Positions 39,467 through 52,168 of a DNA stretch of 64,000 nucleotides are shown piece by piece. The notes below the pieces were generated by a model that made no database searches, was not told where the DNA came from, and was given only the letters and a program-made list of their open reading frames with translations. A program made the position numbers and the translations under genes. The stretch's first letter is position 1. The number at the start of each line of letters is the position of its first letter. Source of the stretch: Botryllus schlosseri (lineage: Eukaryota); contig CM119371.1 of assembly GCA_051294905.1 (NCBI GenBank), forward strand, positions 13,642,001 through 13,706,000. Direction: 5' to 3'.

Positions 39467-40250
39467 ATGGCGGAGGTTTTGCTTGTAACGGATTCGTCAA
39501 GTGATATCAAAAATGAGTCTGAGTTCTCAGATGTCGAATGTAAGTATACCTTTTGCACTTACCTACGAAAATAATGTGGAAATGCAGACGCGTTTCTGGT
39601 GTTGATTCGCTCCATCCAACATCAGTGGAACCCTTATAGCAGCTTCGTGTAACGATAGGTCGTTTGTGTGTGATTATACATTACTAAGACTAACCGAAGC
39701 AGGTTAGTAATCAATAGTATGATCAGTCTATAGCTTGTTCAACGTAAGCCGCTTGTCTATAGTGGTATTTGTGAGTTAGTGCATCACCTCTTTACAGTTA
39801 GGAATCTTGGTATTATCAATGACAGGTGTCAGTATGGAGGTTGTCAGCTTATGATAAATATTAGGGAGAGTTTATGCAGCAAGAAGGTCCCCCCGAGTAA
39901 CTGACAGAAGAATGCATCACAGCATTTCAATCAGTGTGTCCTGATGTTGATGCATTGGACATGACTCACTGTGGATATCAACAGGAATATGGCCACAGAA
40001 TTATTACACCTCATTCGATGCAGGAGTGAATGAGTCTAATTCAGATTAAACGTCGAGTCAGCTGCCAAATAATTTCCTAACACAACAATTACACTTTTCA
40101 GGAAGCTGTGAAACACTGCGTAGAGAAATTTTGTTCGCTGGCCTTGTGGATCCCACGTAAAAACAACGAAACGAAGAATCCTTACTGCACGCGTTGTTAC
40201 CGCCACCTGATCAAAATTCTCATCGACTACTTTCAAGAGATTTCAATTTT
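39467..40250 (+). pseudogene. KolX / P2X7-ballast-like Cys-rich gene remnant (spliced)
   Basis: Exon remnants MAEVLL..., IQHQWNP, CQYGGCQLM...ESLC...CIT..FQSVC, RKL*NTA*RNFVRW..G and SKFSSTTFKRFQ, with stops and frameshifts. Confidence 0.65.
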
Positions 40251-41671
40251 GCAATGCTTCCTTGTCAATGAATAGTTTTATTGAAAATAATAAATGCAAC
40301 ATAACTAATCCATCCGGACCACTACTGTCAGGGAGAGAAATATATCAGGTTTTGTGTTTGGCAATAGCTTCGTCCCAGCTAATTTTGAAGATGTCAGCAG
40401 TCAAATGAGGATGAACAATCTCAATAGAATTGGTCAACTCCGCCGTTCCTGGTCTTGTTTTGATGAGTGCTTCAACTTTTTCATTGAAGTAATCTAGAAC
40501 AGGTAAAAGAATATTACAAAGTTTTGGTAACAGTCAGATTGAAGGCAGTATACCAAATGTTGTCAGATTGAAGGCAGTGTACCAAATGTTGTATCTCAAT
40601 GATTCATTAGAATGAAGGATTGCCAACTGCATCCTACAAAAATGCATATGAAATCTGATAAGTGTTGTTTTGTGTTTTGAACAGTTATAATATTACACAG
40701 TACCTAACATTTAAACTGTTATGGTGATAGTGGTACCTTTTCATCTCTACTGAGATGTCAACATATTGAGAGGTATGCCTACAACTACACAGATTACGAT
40801 ATCTTAATGGATCATCGATATTATCCTCTTATACTTTTGCTGCCGACATGACATGTAGGCTTTCCGGCTCAAACAGCTTCATCAGTGAATGATTTTGAGT
40901 TTGAAAACGTGTATCTCTTCCGTGTACCACCTTTTGTTCTTCCTGGAAAACTTGTTTTCGAAGATAAAGCCTAAATCGATATAGTGATATAGTGTTCAGT
41001 CAGGGATATCTGACACTCCCCATTCAGTAAATAAAATGACTAATACGAATACCTTTTTCATAAAAGGCTGGTTAGCCACGTTACCGTTCTGAAGTAGGCT
41101 GGTCTGTGGTCATAGACTCCATTTTCAGTAAGTAAAGCCTCTACTTTTTCAATTAGTGAAGTTGATTTATTTCAGACTACTACACTTATACTATATAGTT
41201 TTTGAAGGCATAATTGTTTCTACATGTACTCGAGTGCAAACAATATAAGTACAAGAAGAAACGGTAACTTACACTCTTACAATACTGGCAGACACAATAC
41301 ATCTCCACTTACCGATTCCAGCCGCTTCGCGGGACTTTTGATCTCCACCCTTAGTAGGTTTATAGCATTCCTCTGACATCTTCTTTCCATAATTTTTTTG
41401 TTGCAAGAATATGAAGGGAGAACCGGCAGTACGTGTGAGAGTATCAACCATACGCTACATGACATCTACCTCGATGTCTGATCTTCTTAACAGCTTTCAT
41501 GACCACACTGAAAGACCCAAATCCACAGAAAAAAGTGTATAATCAATCCCAAAACTGACCAAAAGGTATAACTTTCTGTTTACCAGGACTTGTCGTGTCA
41601 GTTACATGACGTCATTTCATGGTTGAATGATTTCGTTTCCGTTTTATGGCTTTTCTATTTGTAAATTAAAT

Positions 41672-43764
41672 GGGGCTGTTCCACTTCATTTTGAACACGC
41701 GGTGGCGACAAAGGTAACTCGACCCAAATCTGTTTTGTTGCTATATACTTTACTGTGGGACTGGACTAAACATCGACCTAATTTCGTCTCTTGAATAACA
41801 ACGAGGATGGTGAAAGTATCCATATCAACTTAAATCATCCATATGGATATCAAATAGCTGTTAGATGACGAAATGATGCTATTTCTTGGCGTCTTGTTCT
41901 CGTGATGGAAGTGCTGATTTTATGATTCTATCCTTATCACCAACTGCAATGATTCTATCATTATTATTTTCGCCATTTAGCGCCCAATACTACACCAGGT
42001 TGGACTGGGTTCAACACAAACCCTTTCTAGATATATTATTACCTTAACCAAATAGCTGTCTGGCTGAAAGACTTCATGTCCTTCCAACACCTTCCTATTC
42101 TTCAATCTCATCACTATCTGTTGGTGTTTTTAAATGATAAAATACTAATAATACCAACTAGATCTCATCCTTTCTGATGGTTGACAATTGAACAGTGTAC
42201 CAGTAGTATTGTAGCAGTTGTAATACTAATAATACCAACTATAGATCTCATCCTCTCTATGATCATTGATAATTAAACGATGTACCAGTTGTATTGCTGC
42301 CGTTATTTTGTTGAATAAAATGGAACGGTTATAAACTGAAGTCGCAAAGCGTATATAGTCTATAAAGCAAAGGTTCTTGAATATTTTTTTGCCCAACCCG
42401 AAAATAAATAGTATGGTAAGCACATTAACATTGGATTATAACATTCTAAGCAACGGATTTATGCATGCTCATTATTACACATTAACATAATTCTTAGGAA
42501 GAAGGAATGTCAACCTGCTATTTGAGAAACCCATGTATGGGACTGAGACAAAAAGCAAAATACTATGGTGTAAACCAAATTGATACAAATAGCATTACCA
42601 TATCCAAAAATTGTAAAACACAAAAATGAGCTTGTGAGCCTTGGTCATTTTTGATCATCGAATTTGTACTTGAAAATCTTGAAGGTTGTAGCAAAGTTCG
42701 TTGTGCTACCAACATAATAGGTAACAGATAATCAGATACGTATAATAAGAGTCCATGTAGTGAGCAACCGACAATAGTCCTGTTTTGTTGAAGTAATATG
42801 AGATAGTTGTCTTACAACTAAGCCTGATTGTCAAGTCTTTCAGTTGGAAGTACACAAATGACGCCATGCTTTCAATATCCGACAGTGCTGAGTGTTCAGG
42901 ATTTATAATTGGAATGATGGTTGCTTTACACTATCAACTATAGAGTATGCTTCTTTCAATAACGGGTGAATCTCTGTAGATTCAGCTATCTGCTTTTCCG
43001 AATTGTTGAATTGTCAGAACAAGATTCCGTTACTGCTGACTTGTACGGTTTATTCTTTTGCAACAGCTTTTGACACTGACGTCTATTCTGCAACCTTTTT
43101 CATTGAAAACAGAATAGATGAGGCTGCCTTGACTGAAGTTTTATCAGCTTCATTGTAATTCAAACGCATGATTTTTATATGTTGTAGGACCTCACAGCAG
43201 CAAATGTACAATGTACATAGCATAATTTTCCACAACACACAACACTCATGGGGGTACTGATTTACTGCAGCTTAAGCAGGATAAATCATGCTGGTGAAAT
43301 GATATTCTGCAGACTACTTTTCCAGGAGAGGACCAGGCATCCATACCTCTTCTTCGTAAACGGAACCCATCCTCCTGATAACTTTTTGTTTCTAATTGAT
43401 GCATCTTCTGCGATCAAATGACCGTCATCTTTACATAATGAGGCATATAACACTTGCCATATCAACGACTCTCGGAAAATTTACAGCAATGTACCGGTAA
43501 GCTGCAACCTGCCAGGGTGCCAATGTCCAGCACGAGGACAAGACGCCAAGAAATAGCCTCAATTTCGTCGGCCAACAGTTATTTGATATCCATATGGATG
43601 ATTTATATTGATATGGATACTTTCACCATCCTCGTTGTACGCCAAGAGACGAAATTCGGTCCATGTTTAGTCCATTCCCATAGTAAATCATATAGCAACT
43701 AAACAGGTTTGGGTCGAGTTACCTTTGTCGCCACCGCGTGTTCAAAATGAAGTGGAACAGCCCC
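41672..43764. mobile_element. ISL2EU-like (PIF/Harbinger group) non-autonomous element nested in Kolobok copy 1
   Basis: Perfect TIR of about 57 bp (GGGGCTGTTCCACTTCATTTTGAACACGCGGTGGCGACAAAGG...) extending imperfectly to about 230 bp. A 2-bp AT TSD is consistent with the empty site in Kolobok copy 2. Confidence 0.8.
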
Positions 43765-45093
43765 ATTACGACCAAACTATTGAGTATTCGCAATTTTTAT
43801 TATTTTATCCATGTTCCTAACCACATAATGTACGAAATAAGGCAAAGTCATTTTTGAGATGCAGTTGACCTTTAACTAAACCACGGAACATATATCCATA
43901 CAGCAGTGCATTTTTTATCACCATCACCATCCATATTTTTTTTGCAAATAAAATTTCATCCGCGCAAACCTACTGACAATTTTTATACAAAACGAAAATG
44001 AAGATTCGTAACAATATTTTATTCAGATTTGCAACAAGTAGGCTACCGGTTTAGGCCAACAAGTGTCTCTCTTTTCCCCTCGTTTTGACTTCAACTATAA
44101 TGCACAAAAACCCTTTTCGGCCAAATAAATATTGGATTTTGTCGAAGAATTCCAAGTTCTTGGATGGCGAGGTCTTTATAAGAACCATCCTACACTCTTA
44201 TTGAAAATATTTCACATTTTCCTCACGTGAAAATGCTTGCTGGCAGCAATCGTTTTTAAGTGTATTGATACAAAGGATTCGGAGGCTCCAGTTCGCCGAA
44301 GGGCTGCAAAATCCACATGTTTGTCTCATTGCTTCTGCATGATGGCTTCGAGAATATAAGCTCCAAAACCATCGCGCACGACTCTCAACACGCCATTCTC
44401 AATATTTACCGGACCAGGAGGGAAGGCAATGTAGCGGTTGAAAATAAGACGAAATAAGGACGCAAGTCAAAAATAAGGACATTTCTTAAAAATAAGGACA
44501 TTTGAGTTCTCTAAGACGTGGTCCTTCAAAATAAGGACAAATCTTAGAAATAAGGACGGTATGGCAACCCTGGCTATAGGGCTGGTGCTTTTGCAGTAGC
44601 AGGGTGATTATATTAGTTAGTTATCGCGGAAGTTTCGCTTGTAATGGATTCACCAAGTGAGTCCGAGTACTCAGATGACGACTGTAAGTATTCTTTTTGC
44701 CCTTGCTTACGAAAGTAATGTTTAAACTGGACACGTATCAAGTGTTGATGAGCTCAATCCCGTATCAGTGGAACTCCTTGCGGCTCCGAAAACGAGGGGT
44801 CGTTTTGAGTATGATTATTGATGAATAACCTAAGGAGGTTAGTAATATATAGTATGATCAGCCTAGCTTGTTCAGCTTAAGCCGCTTGTCTATACCAAAT
44901 GAAATACACCGGTATGTGTAATTTGGTGGAGTACCTCGTTTCAGTTATTAATCTTGGTATTATCAATTACAGATAGAGGATGGAGGTTATTGCCAATGCA
45001 AACTATTAGCGGGAGAGCAACTAACGAATTATTAGTGCATCACAGCATTTCAATCAGTAGCTCAATCAGTATTGGAGATGTCTCACTATAGAT

Positions 45094-46137
45094 CAGAGAT
45101 GCCACTGAGATATTTTGGAAAAACCCAGATTTGGACGTTATAAAAACCCAGAAAAACCCAGATCCTCTATTTCACTCAAATTTCTATGATATAGCTGTAA
45201 AACAGTGACTGAGAGTCATCAATGACAGTTATACAGACATAGAAGAAGAAGTTTTAGCCCTTGATATTGAAATCCCAACGGTTCATTTCCATACTATAAT
45301 ATGCATGTTGCTTAGTTAAATGAGTAAATCCATCGAAATATGATGTTTTCCTCTCGACACATTGCTACCAGGCATTCGGTATGGGGGGTCAATACGTAGT
45401 GTATTATATATTCGTAATTTTAGTAACAATGCTAATCCACATCTATCGTGAGGATGATTGTAGGGTAGTTCTAGTGACCGCGAGCTGACCAGATAGATCG
45501 ATAATAGCTTTCGATTCATTAAACCTGGGACAAACACTTTTATCTGGGATGTTTAGTCGAAAAAGAAACTGCCAAATCATGAAATTAAGAGTACGTTTGC
45601 ATTTAACAAACCCCTCTCACTCTGAATAACTTGACCGGTTGCCCAAACTGTCTCTCTTTGAGTGTCCCTGTTGAAAGTGAATATACTCTGATGTCAACAT
45701 GGTAAATTAGTTCGATCAACAATTGGTCTTCCATGTGAATAAATTGCATACTTTACAGCAGTTACATACTATTTACTGACACAAAACGAATTTGTTGCAG
45801 CGCTACCGGTAGCATTCAAGTCCTAAATCAGAGTTGCCCTGTGAACATGACTTTCTGCGACCTAGTAGTCAGTATTCAATGAAGCTCTATCGCATCACAC
45901 CAAGACCTCTCATTTTAATAGTAAATGGGTCTCTTTGGACTCTGCCGTTTCAATCACAGTGGAATCCGTCGACACTAGAAGATCTTACTAATCTAATAAT
46001 GAATTTTGCGCCGTAAAATTGACCTGACAAACATGATGTTGAAAAAAAAACCAGATTTTAAGCACAAAAACCCAGAAACCCAGGTGATGCTCGAAAAAAC
46101 CAGATCTGGGTGGAAAAACCCAGGAGTGGCATCTCTG
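45094..46137. mobile_element. Non-autonomous hAT element, copy 2
   Basis: Same TIR and body as 37065-38109, TSD CTATAGAT. Confidence 0.93.
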
Positions 46138-47164
46138 CTATAGATATCAACAGGAATATTGTCATATAATTATACGATATAGTTCGATGCATGAGCGAAT
46201 GAGTCTCATTCACATGAAACGTTGAGTTGGGGGCCAAGTAATTACCCGTCAGTAACACAACAATCATGCTTTTCAGGAAGCTGAGAAAAGCTGCGTACGG
46301 AAATTTTGTTTGCTGGCCATTGGGATTCTGCAACACAAACCAACGAGAAATCCTGTCTGTGCATCCGATCAAAATTCACATCTAGTATTTTCAAAGGATT
46401 TCAATTTTGCAATGCTTCGCGAAGGAATAATTGTATTGAAAATAATAAATGCAACATAACCAATTCATCAACAGTACTACTGTGTCAGGGAGAGAAATAT
46501 AGAGTTTTGTGTCCAACAATAGCTTCTTTTGTCCAGCAATGGCTTCAACTAATTTTCACGATGCCGCTAGTTGAATGAGGAAGCCATAGCAATAGACTTG
46601 GTCGACTCCGCCGTATCTGGTCTTGCTTGAATGCATGCGTCAACTTCTTCATTGCAGGAATCTAGAGCAGGTGTAAAAACATTGCAGATTTTTATAACAA
46701 AGTCGAATCAAAGGCAGTATACCAAATCCTGTTCCGAAGTATCATAAAAATGAAGGATTGCCAACTGCATCCTATCTAACTTTTAGACTGTTATGGTGAT
46801 AGCTGATAGTGATACGTTTTCATCTTTTACTGAGCTGTCAATATCTTGAGAGGTTTAGTCACTGATATCAGTAACTTAAGTAACTAATACGATTATATGA
46901 GTACACACTACACATGTACACAAAAAGAAGTTTATTTGCAAAAGTAAGAGCAACTCTTCCATTAAAATGAGGTCTGCGGCATAACCATAATAGATCATGA
47001 AGTCAGCAGGTTACAGACTTCTATTAAATAAGGAAGTGTCTACTCGTCCGGTACCGGACGAATTAAGTTCCTCAGGCTATTCGTCCGGCGTAAGCACGCC
47101 GTAACTGCAGAATGGGTAGTGTAGATTTCCGGAACTGTGAGCCGTAACTGCAGCATGGATTCCT

Positions 47165-47415
47165 CGAGATTTCGCCTCTTACGAAGACTTGGCAAGTGCT
47201 TTGGTGAAATACCAGAAAGAAAATTACGTCCAGCTCTACAAGAGAGATTCGCGTGCGCTTGATGCAGTAAGAAAGCGAATCAATCGGCGAAATTTGAATA
47301 ATGCGCTCAACTACGGTATATGGGCAGTGGGCACTGGCCAGATATCTTTTCACTGCATCCGCGGCGGTCGCAGATTTCAGAGCTCATCTACGGGTGTTCG
47401 ACCTAACCAACGGCA
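47165..47415 (+). pseudogene. MULE transposase N-terminal exon remnant (ZSWIM3-like N-terminal domain)
   Basis: RDFASYEDLASALVKYQKENYVQLYKRDSR...CIRGGRRFQSSSTGVRPNQR followed by a GTAAG donor. Confidence 0.6.
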
Positions 47416-47476
47416 AGTAAGCGTAAGTTACATACAATACGGTATTTTCACCGGGTTCATAACAACTTGAACATCA

Positions 47477-48200
47477 AGAAGCAGTGTTCCCCATGAGCAT
47501 TTTGTAGTCGGGTATCGTGAAATGAGGGTTGAATTACCCTCCGCCCAAACTCCAACCCTATTCCTATGACCCCAACACCTCAATCCTAACACCACACCAC
47601 ACGTGCAACCCCAACCCCACCACCTCAACTTACGACACCCCAATTCTAACCCCACATGGGCCAGAACCCCTGATCCTAACCCTACAGTCCAACCCAGAAG
47701 CAGTGTTCCCCATGAGTATTTTGTAGTCTGGTATCGTGAAATGTGGGTTGGATTACCCTCAGCCTAAACTCCAACCCTATTCCTATGACCCCAACACCTC
47801 AATCCTAACACCACACGTGCAACCCCACCACCTCAACTTACGACACCCCAATTCTAACCTCACACACGCAACCAATCCTAATCACACAGTGCAACCCCAC
47901 CACCTCCGCACCTCATCTTAGGGCACCCCAATCCTAACCCCACACGTGCCGAAACCCCAATCGTAACCCCACAGTGCAACCCCAACCCCACCACCTCATC
48001 TTAGACACCCCAATCCTAACCCACATGCGCCAGAACCCCTGATCCTAACCCTACAGTCCAACCCCACCACCTTATCTTACGGCACCCCAATCCTAACCCC
48101 ACATGTGCAACCCAACACCTCTTCTTACGGCACCCCGATCCTAACCCCACGCGTGCCGAAACCACAATCTTAACCCCATCACCTCACCTTACGACACATC
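47477..48200. repeat. C-rich compound tandem repeat (CCTAACCCC-containing) within the MULE
   Basis: A duplication of about 220 bp followed by shorter CACCCCAATCCTAACCCCACA units. Confidence 0.85.
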
Positions 48201-48528
48201 ACAGGCGCAATCCTAAATTGATAACCTAACCAAAAATCAAATATATACCCTATAAATTTGAACATGCTCATAGTGAAGAGTCTGACACTTTTGCCAGCAA
48301 AACTAAAGAAATGAGGATGCCCAAATGGCTTGGGTTTGCGATTAAGCGGTGTGCGTCTTGCGTCACGAGAACGATCGAGAGAGCGAAAGTAACGAACGAA
48401 GAAGAAAAAGAAATGTGACGCTCCAGTTGCATTTAAAAAATACATCCTGAAGACACAGACAGATGTAAGTTACTTTCAAGCAGAACGTCAGCAAATTTTA
48501 TTTCTGCCTCATTTACAGTGATACTGTC

Positions 48529-48882
48529 ATGGATCGTATTACCATCCGACACTATGAAGAAATGTACAGAAAGAAATTGGGCAGTAAGTCTTTCACGTCT
48601 GACACTTGTCTCATCCCCAACAGCTGCCTTAATGAGACTGTGAATATACTCCACATCAAGAAATATTTCGCATATGATGTAATGGCTGCTGTGATGATGG
48701 CATTCCAAAGTAAATATAGTCAGAAGGACTGGTACTGTGGAATATGTGACCTTCAACTTACAAAAAGCAATTCAAGTGGCTGTTACTCCTGTCTCAACCG
48801 GGATCATCTCCTATGTGCTCGACTAAACACTTCCCCGAAACAAAAATGGTTCTGTAACTGCTGCAAAAAATGCCTCTGTTAG
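48529..48882 (+). pseudogene. C-terminal PHD finger remnant of the MULE protein
   Basis: WYCGIC...GCYSCLNRDHLLCARL....KWFCNCC fits C4HC3. Confidence 0.65.
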
Positions 48883-50846
48883 AAAAATATGTAGCGGCAA
48901 CTGTGACATTGAAAGTACTTCAGTGCTATTTTTCATGATCGATGTTCACATTGAAATCACACTATCAATGCTTGAATATCTTGGAAGCAGCAAATTGAAT
49001 GCACAGCATTCACTGTCACTCGCAATACAGAATGTGGGGAAATACCAGCAAAATTTTTTTGCAGTATTGGACCCTGCTAAATCGTACCCTGCGTACCAAA
49101 TTATCACCCAATGATCAGTATTTTTGCAACAGTTTGTCGTATGTATTTGATGACTTTTTCATACCTGTTTAAGATGTTCACTTCCATAATACAAGACGCT
49201 CGTTGAAGGGAAATATCTACCTGGGCCTACTTAATAGCTAGCTACCTAACCAAGAGATTTATCGACTACTCAAAGACCTATCATTTTGAATGGATTACCA
49301 TTACCACTGTTGCCCTACTTTGTCCACACATTTTGTCATTCATTCATTTGCTACTATCATATAATTTTTCAACTACAATTCGTTACAGAATGATCATGCA
49401 GAGACAATGTAGGCATATACGGGTTTTATCAGACCACTTGACTTCCAAGGTTGCATCGATCTCTGCTATCCGACACCAAATACTGTGCATGCGCATGTTT
49501 TTTGTATCATCATTGCTGCTGTCCATTTGTTCCGTATTTCTGTTGTATGAGAATAAAAGCCCCTCGGTCTCTCTCAGTTCATATTCCAAGCATTACTGTG
49601 CAACAACATCAAGTATGGGTAGTGGGTACTCGTAGTACAACAGAGGTGAAAATTCCGTCTTGGTGGTATAAATTCACGTATCATTGGTTAGGTCAACGGT
49701 GCATGCATGAATTCAGAAATAAGTCGAGGCAGCAAGAATTTCAGTGAATCGTTCGTGTTCTGACTGCTTCCGGTTATTTCACGATAGCACTTAGGAACTC
49801 TTCGTATGGCGCAAACATTCCCTCGGAGCTCCAATTATGAGCATACAAATCAGTATCCTACTTGTTCTTACTTCATTAAGCGTAGGCGAACATCTCTTGT
49901 AAAGGTAATGGTGGGCGTCAAGTTCTGGTACTTTCACGTCAGCAATTTGCAATTATTAGTATGGCGTAAACTTTCCCTCGGAGCTATAATTATGAGCATA
50001 CAAATCAGTAACAGTAACCATTCAAATCAGTAACCAGAAATGCGAATAAATAATGTACAAAACCGAAGCCTGTCAAAAACGCATACAGTCTCCATAGTAA
50101 CAGGCCTACGTCACACGGTGCCGGACGAATAGCCAGAGAAAATTATTCGTCCGGTACCGGACGAGTAGCCACTGCCATTAAATAATGCCTTTATACATCT
50201 TTTTTCTTGATTGATTTTTAAGTGGCTTCATTTCAGACTACGTACACTTCTACTCAAAAGTTTTTCAAGGCATACTTATTTCAGTTATTTGCCTATATAC
50301 AGTCCATCCTCAAGATTACCGGACGACGACTGACCTATTGATCTCGCTTCCCATGACATGCCGCCCTAGTTCTTGTCGCTTTCTTTTTCTATACTATCTT
50401 CTTTACTTTAATTCAGTGTGCATGGCTCCTCTTTACATCGCCTAGGGCCTAGGCCAAGGTGGGTGTCAGATTCCATAGACTACTCCTTGTCGCTTCGACA
50501 TCTTCCTGTCTTTTCATTGTATCGCATTTTTTGTGGTGTATTGAACTGATAAAATTGCTAATAAACCAATGATGATGATGATGACTGAACATGCGCATGA
50601 GTGTAAACAATAACTACTTTGATGACTACCGTACCACAGTCAATACTACTATAAACGGTTAGTTACACTCTTACAATACTAGCTAACACAGTACATTTTC
50701 ACTTACCGATTTTGGACACTTTGTATAGCTTTAGAAGAAGTGCGTTCCTTTGCCATTACCACAATTTCACTGGTGCGTGAAAAGAAAGTATGAACGGCAC
50801 TACTGCAGTACGTCGGCACTACGGGTGAGAGTTTCCGTGGTCAGCA

Positions 50847-52168
50847 CAGTGGCGTATCCAGGGGGGGGTTTTAGGGGGTCGGAACCCCCCCCTTTTCAAA
50901 ATCCTAAAAATTCATGTTAAATATAGCCTCTAATATTTGCTAATTTATTAGTTCAACATATTCATTTTTACGTATGAGAAGGCGAATATGGCGTCTTAAT
51001 GTTATTTAAGGGGACTAAAACCCCTACAAAATATTGGAATTATGCGCCGAATTAGTCGAAAGGATAAAATAGGTCGTTATATTTCGCTAATTGCGTACGA
51101 ATTCTGCGCTTGTTCAGCTACATTTCAGCTGTGGCAGATGCTGACGTTCACAACTTTCTTCCTTCGATTTCTCTCTCGCCTTGCTAAAACGAGAGACGCA
51201 TTTTAGGAAAATCTAATCTAATTGGCCGACGCGATACCGCCGATACGTAATTGCAAAGACAAAGTTGTCGGCAATGAACATCGCCCGCGAATTCGCTACA
51301 CCTGCTCGCCTTGAAATCCTAATTAAGAATTGCACGGCGTGTTGATTGATCAGCGAGACGCAGACACGGCGGCACCGGTACGACAATGCTGTTCTCAAAT
51401 CCACATTGTCTTCGCGATTATCGGCGAGAAATGCCCTACGATTGACATTCACATTTCAAAATACAAGCCTAGCAATCCACGTTCTCGATTGTTAGGTGGC
51501 TTGCTGTCGTCCAAATACAGGCCTATGTTGCCGCTGAACGGGAGAATTGAGTAGGCCTATTAGTAAAGTTAACGTAATGATATCGGCTGACAAGGTCCTC
51601 TGTCGCTCAAGTTATTATCCCAGTGTGTACTCTGTATTAATAGAGCGACTTGCGTGCCTGCAATTAAGGGCTAATTATCTGCGCGCGTACTACACGCTCA
51701 ACCGTGCGGCTAGTAAAGCCATCGAAATGCACACATTCGTGTGCAGCTGTACACTCCACACCTCTCTGTGGCGATCGCGATCGCCCTCGTGTATGCTACC
51801 GCACCATTCCGCGCTTGTTCGTCCGCTGCGATACTGCCGGCTGTGCGCATAATATAGTCAAAACCTAACAAAATCGTGCATCTCTGGTCGGAACTAGGCG
51901 CTTGGAGACCGGCGGCGTTAGTCGGCTCATGACTAAATGTGAGCATTTACGAATTTCGTTCAATCATAACGTAAAAACACGAAATTTCAGGCATTGTCTG
52001 TATCGAATTCGTACATCTCCCACTCACCGCAAATCTCTTTTAATTATTGAACTATAATATATCGTAAATATTCGCCTTGGCGTGTAGAGGAGTGATCGTA
52101 ATTATGACGTCATAATAGGTGATTTCACTCAAAACCCCCCCCTTTTTCGCGCTCTGGATACGCGCCTG
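50847..52168. mobile_element. Non-autonomous hAT (Tip100-like) element
   Basis: Termini CAGTGGCGTATCCAG...CTGGATACGCGCCTG and perfect TSD GGTCAGCA. Confidence 0.88.

Larger units (their letters stand above)
39224..43871. mobile_element. Kolobok DNA transposon, internally deleted and decayed (copy 1)
   Basis: TTAA|AGGTCAACTGCATCT...AGATGCAGTTGACCT|TTAA, with convergent remnants of a KolX-like gene (+) and a transposase (-). Confidence 0.85.
47032..50176. mobile_element. Mutator-like element (MULE), internally deleted
   Basis: TIR GG(A/C)AGTG(T/G)CTACTCGTCCGGTACCGGACGAAT and perfect 9-bp TSD ATTAAATAA. Confidence 0.88.

Noticed and set aside
47477..48200. Telomere or interstitial telomeric array
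   Set aside because: There are no clean (TTAGGG)n tracts; units are longer and lie within a TSD-flanked MULE.
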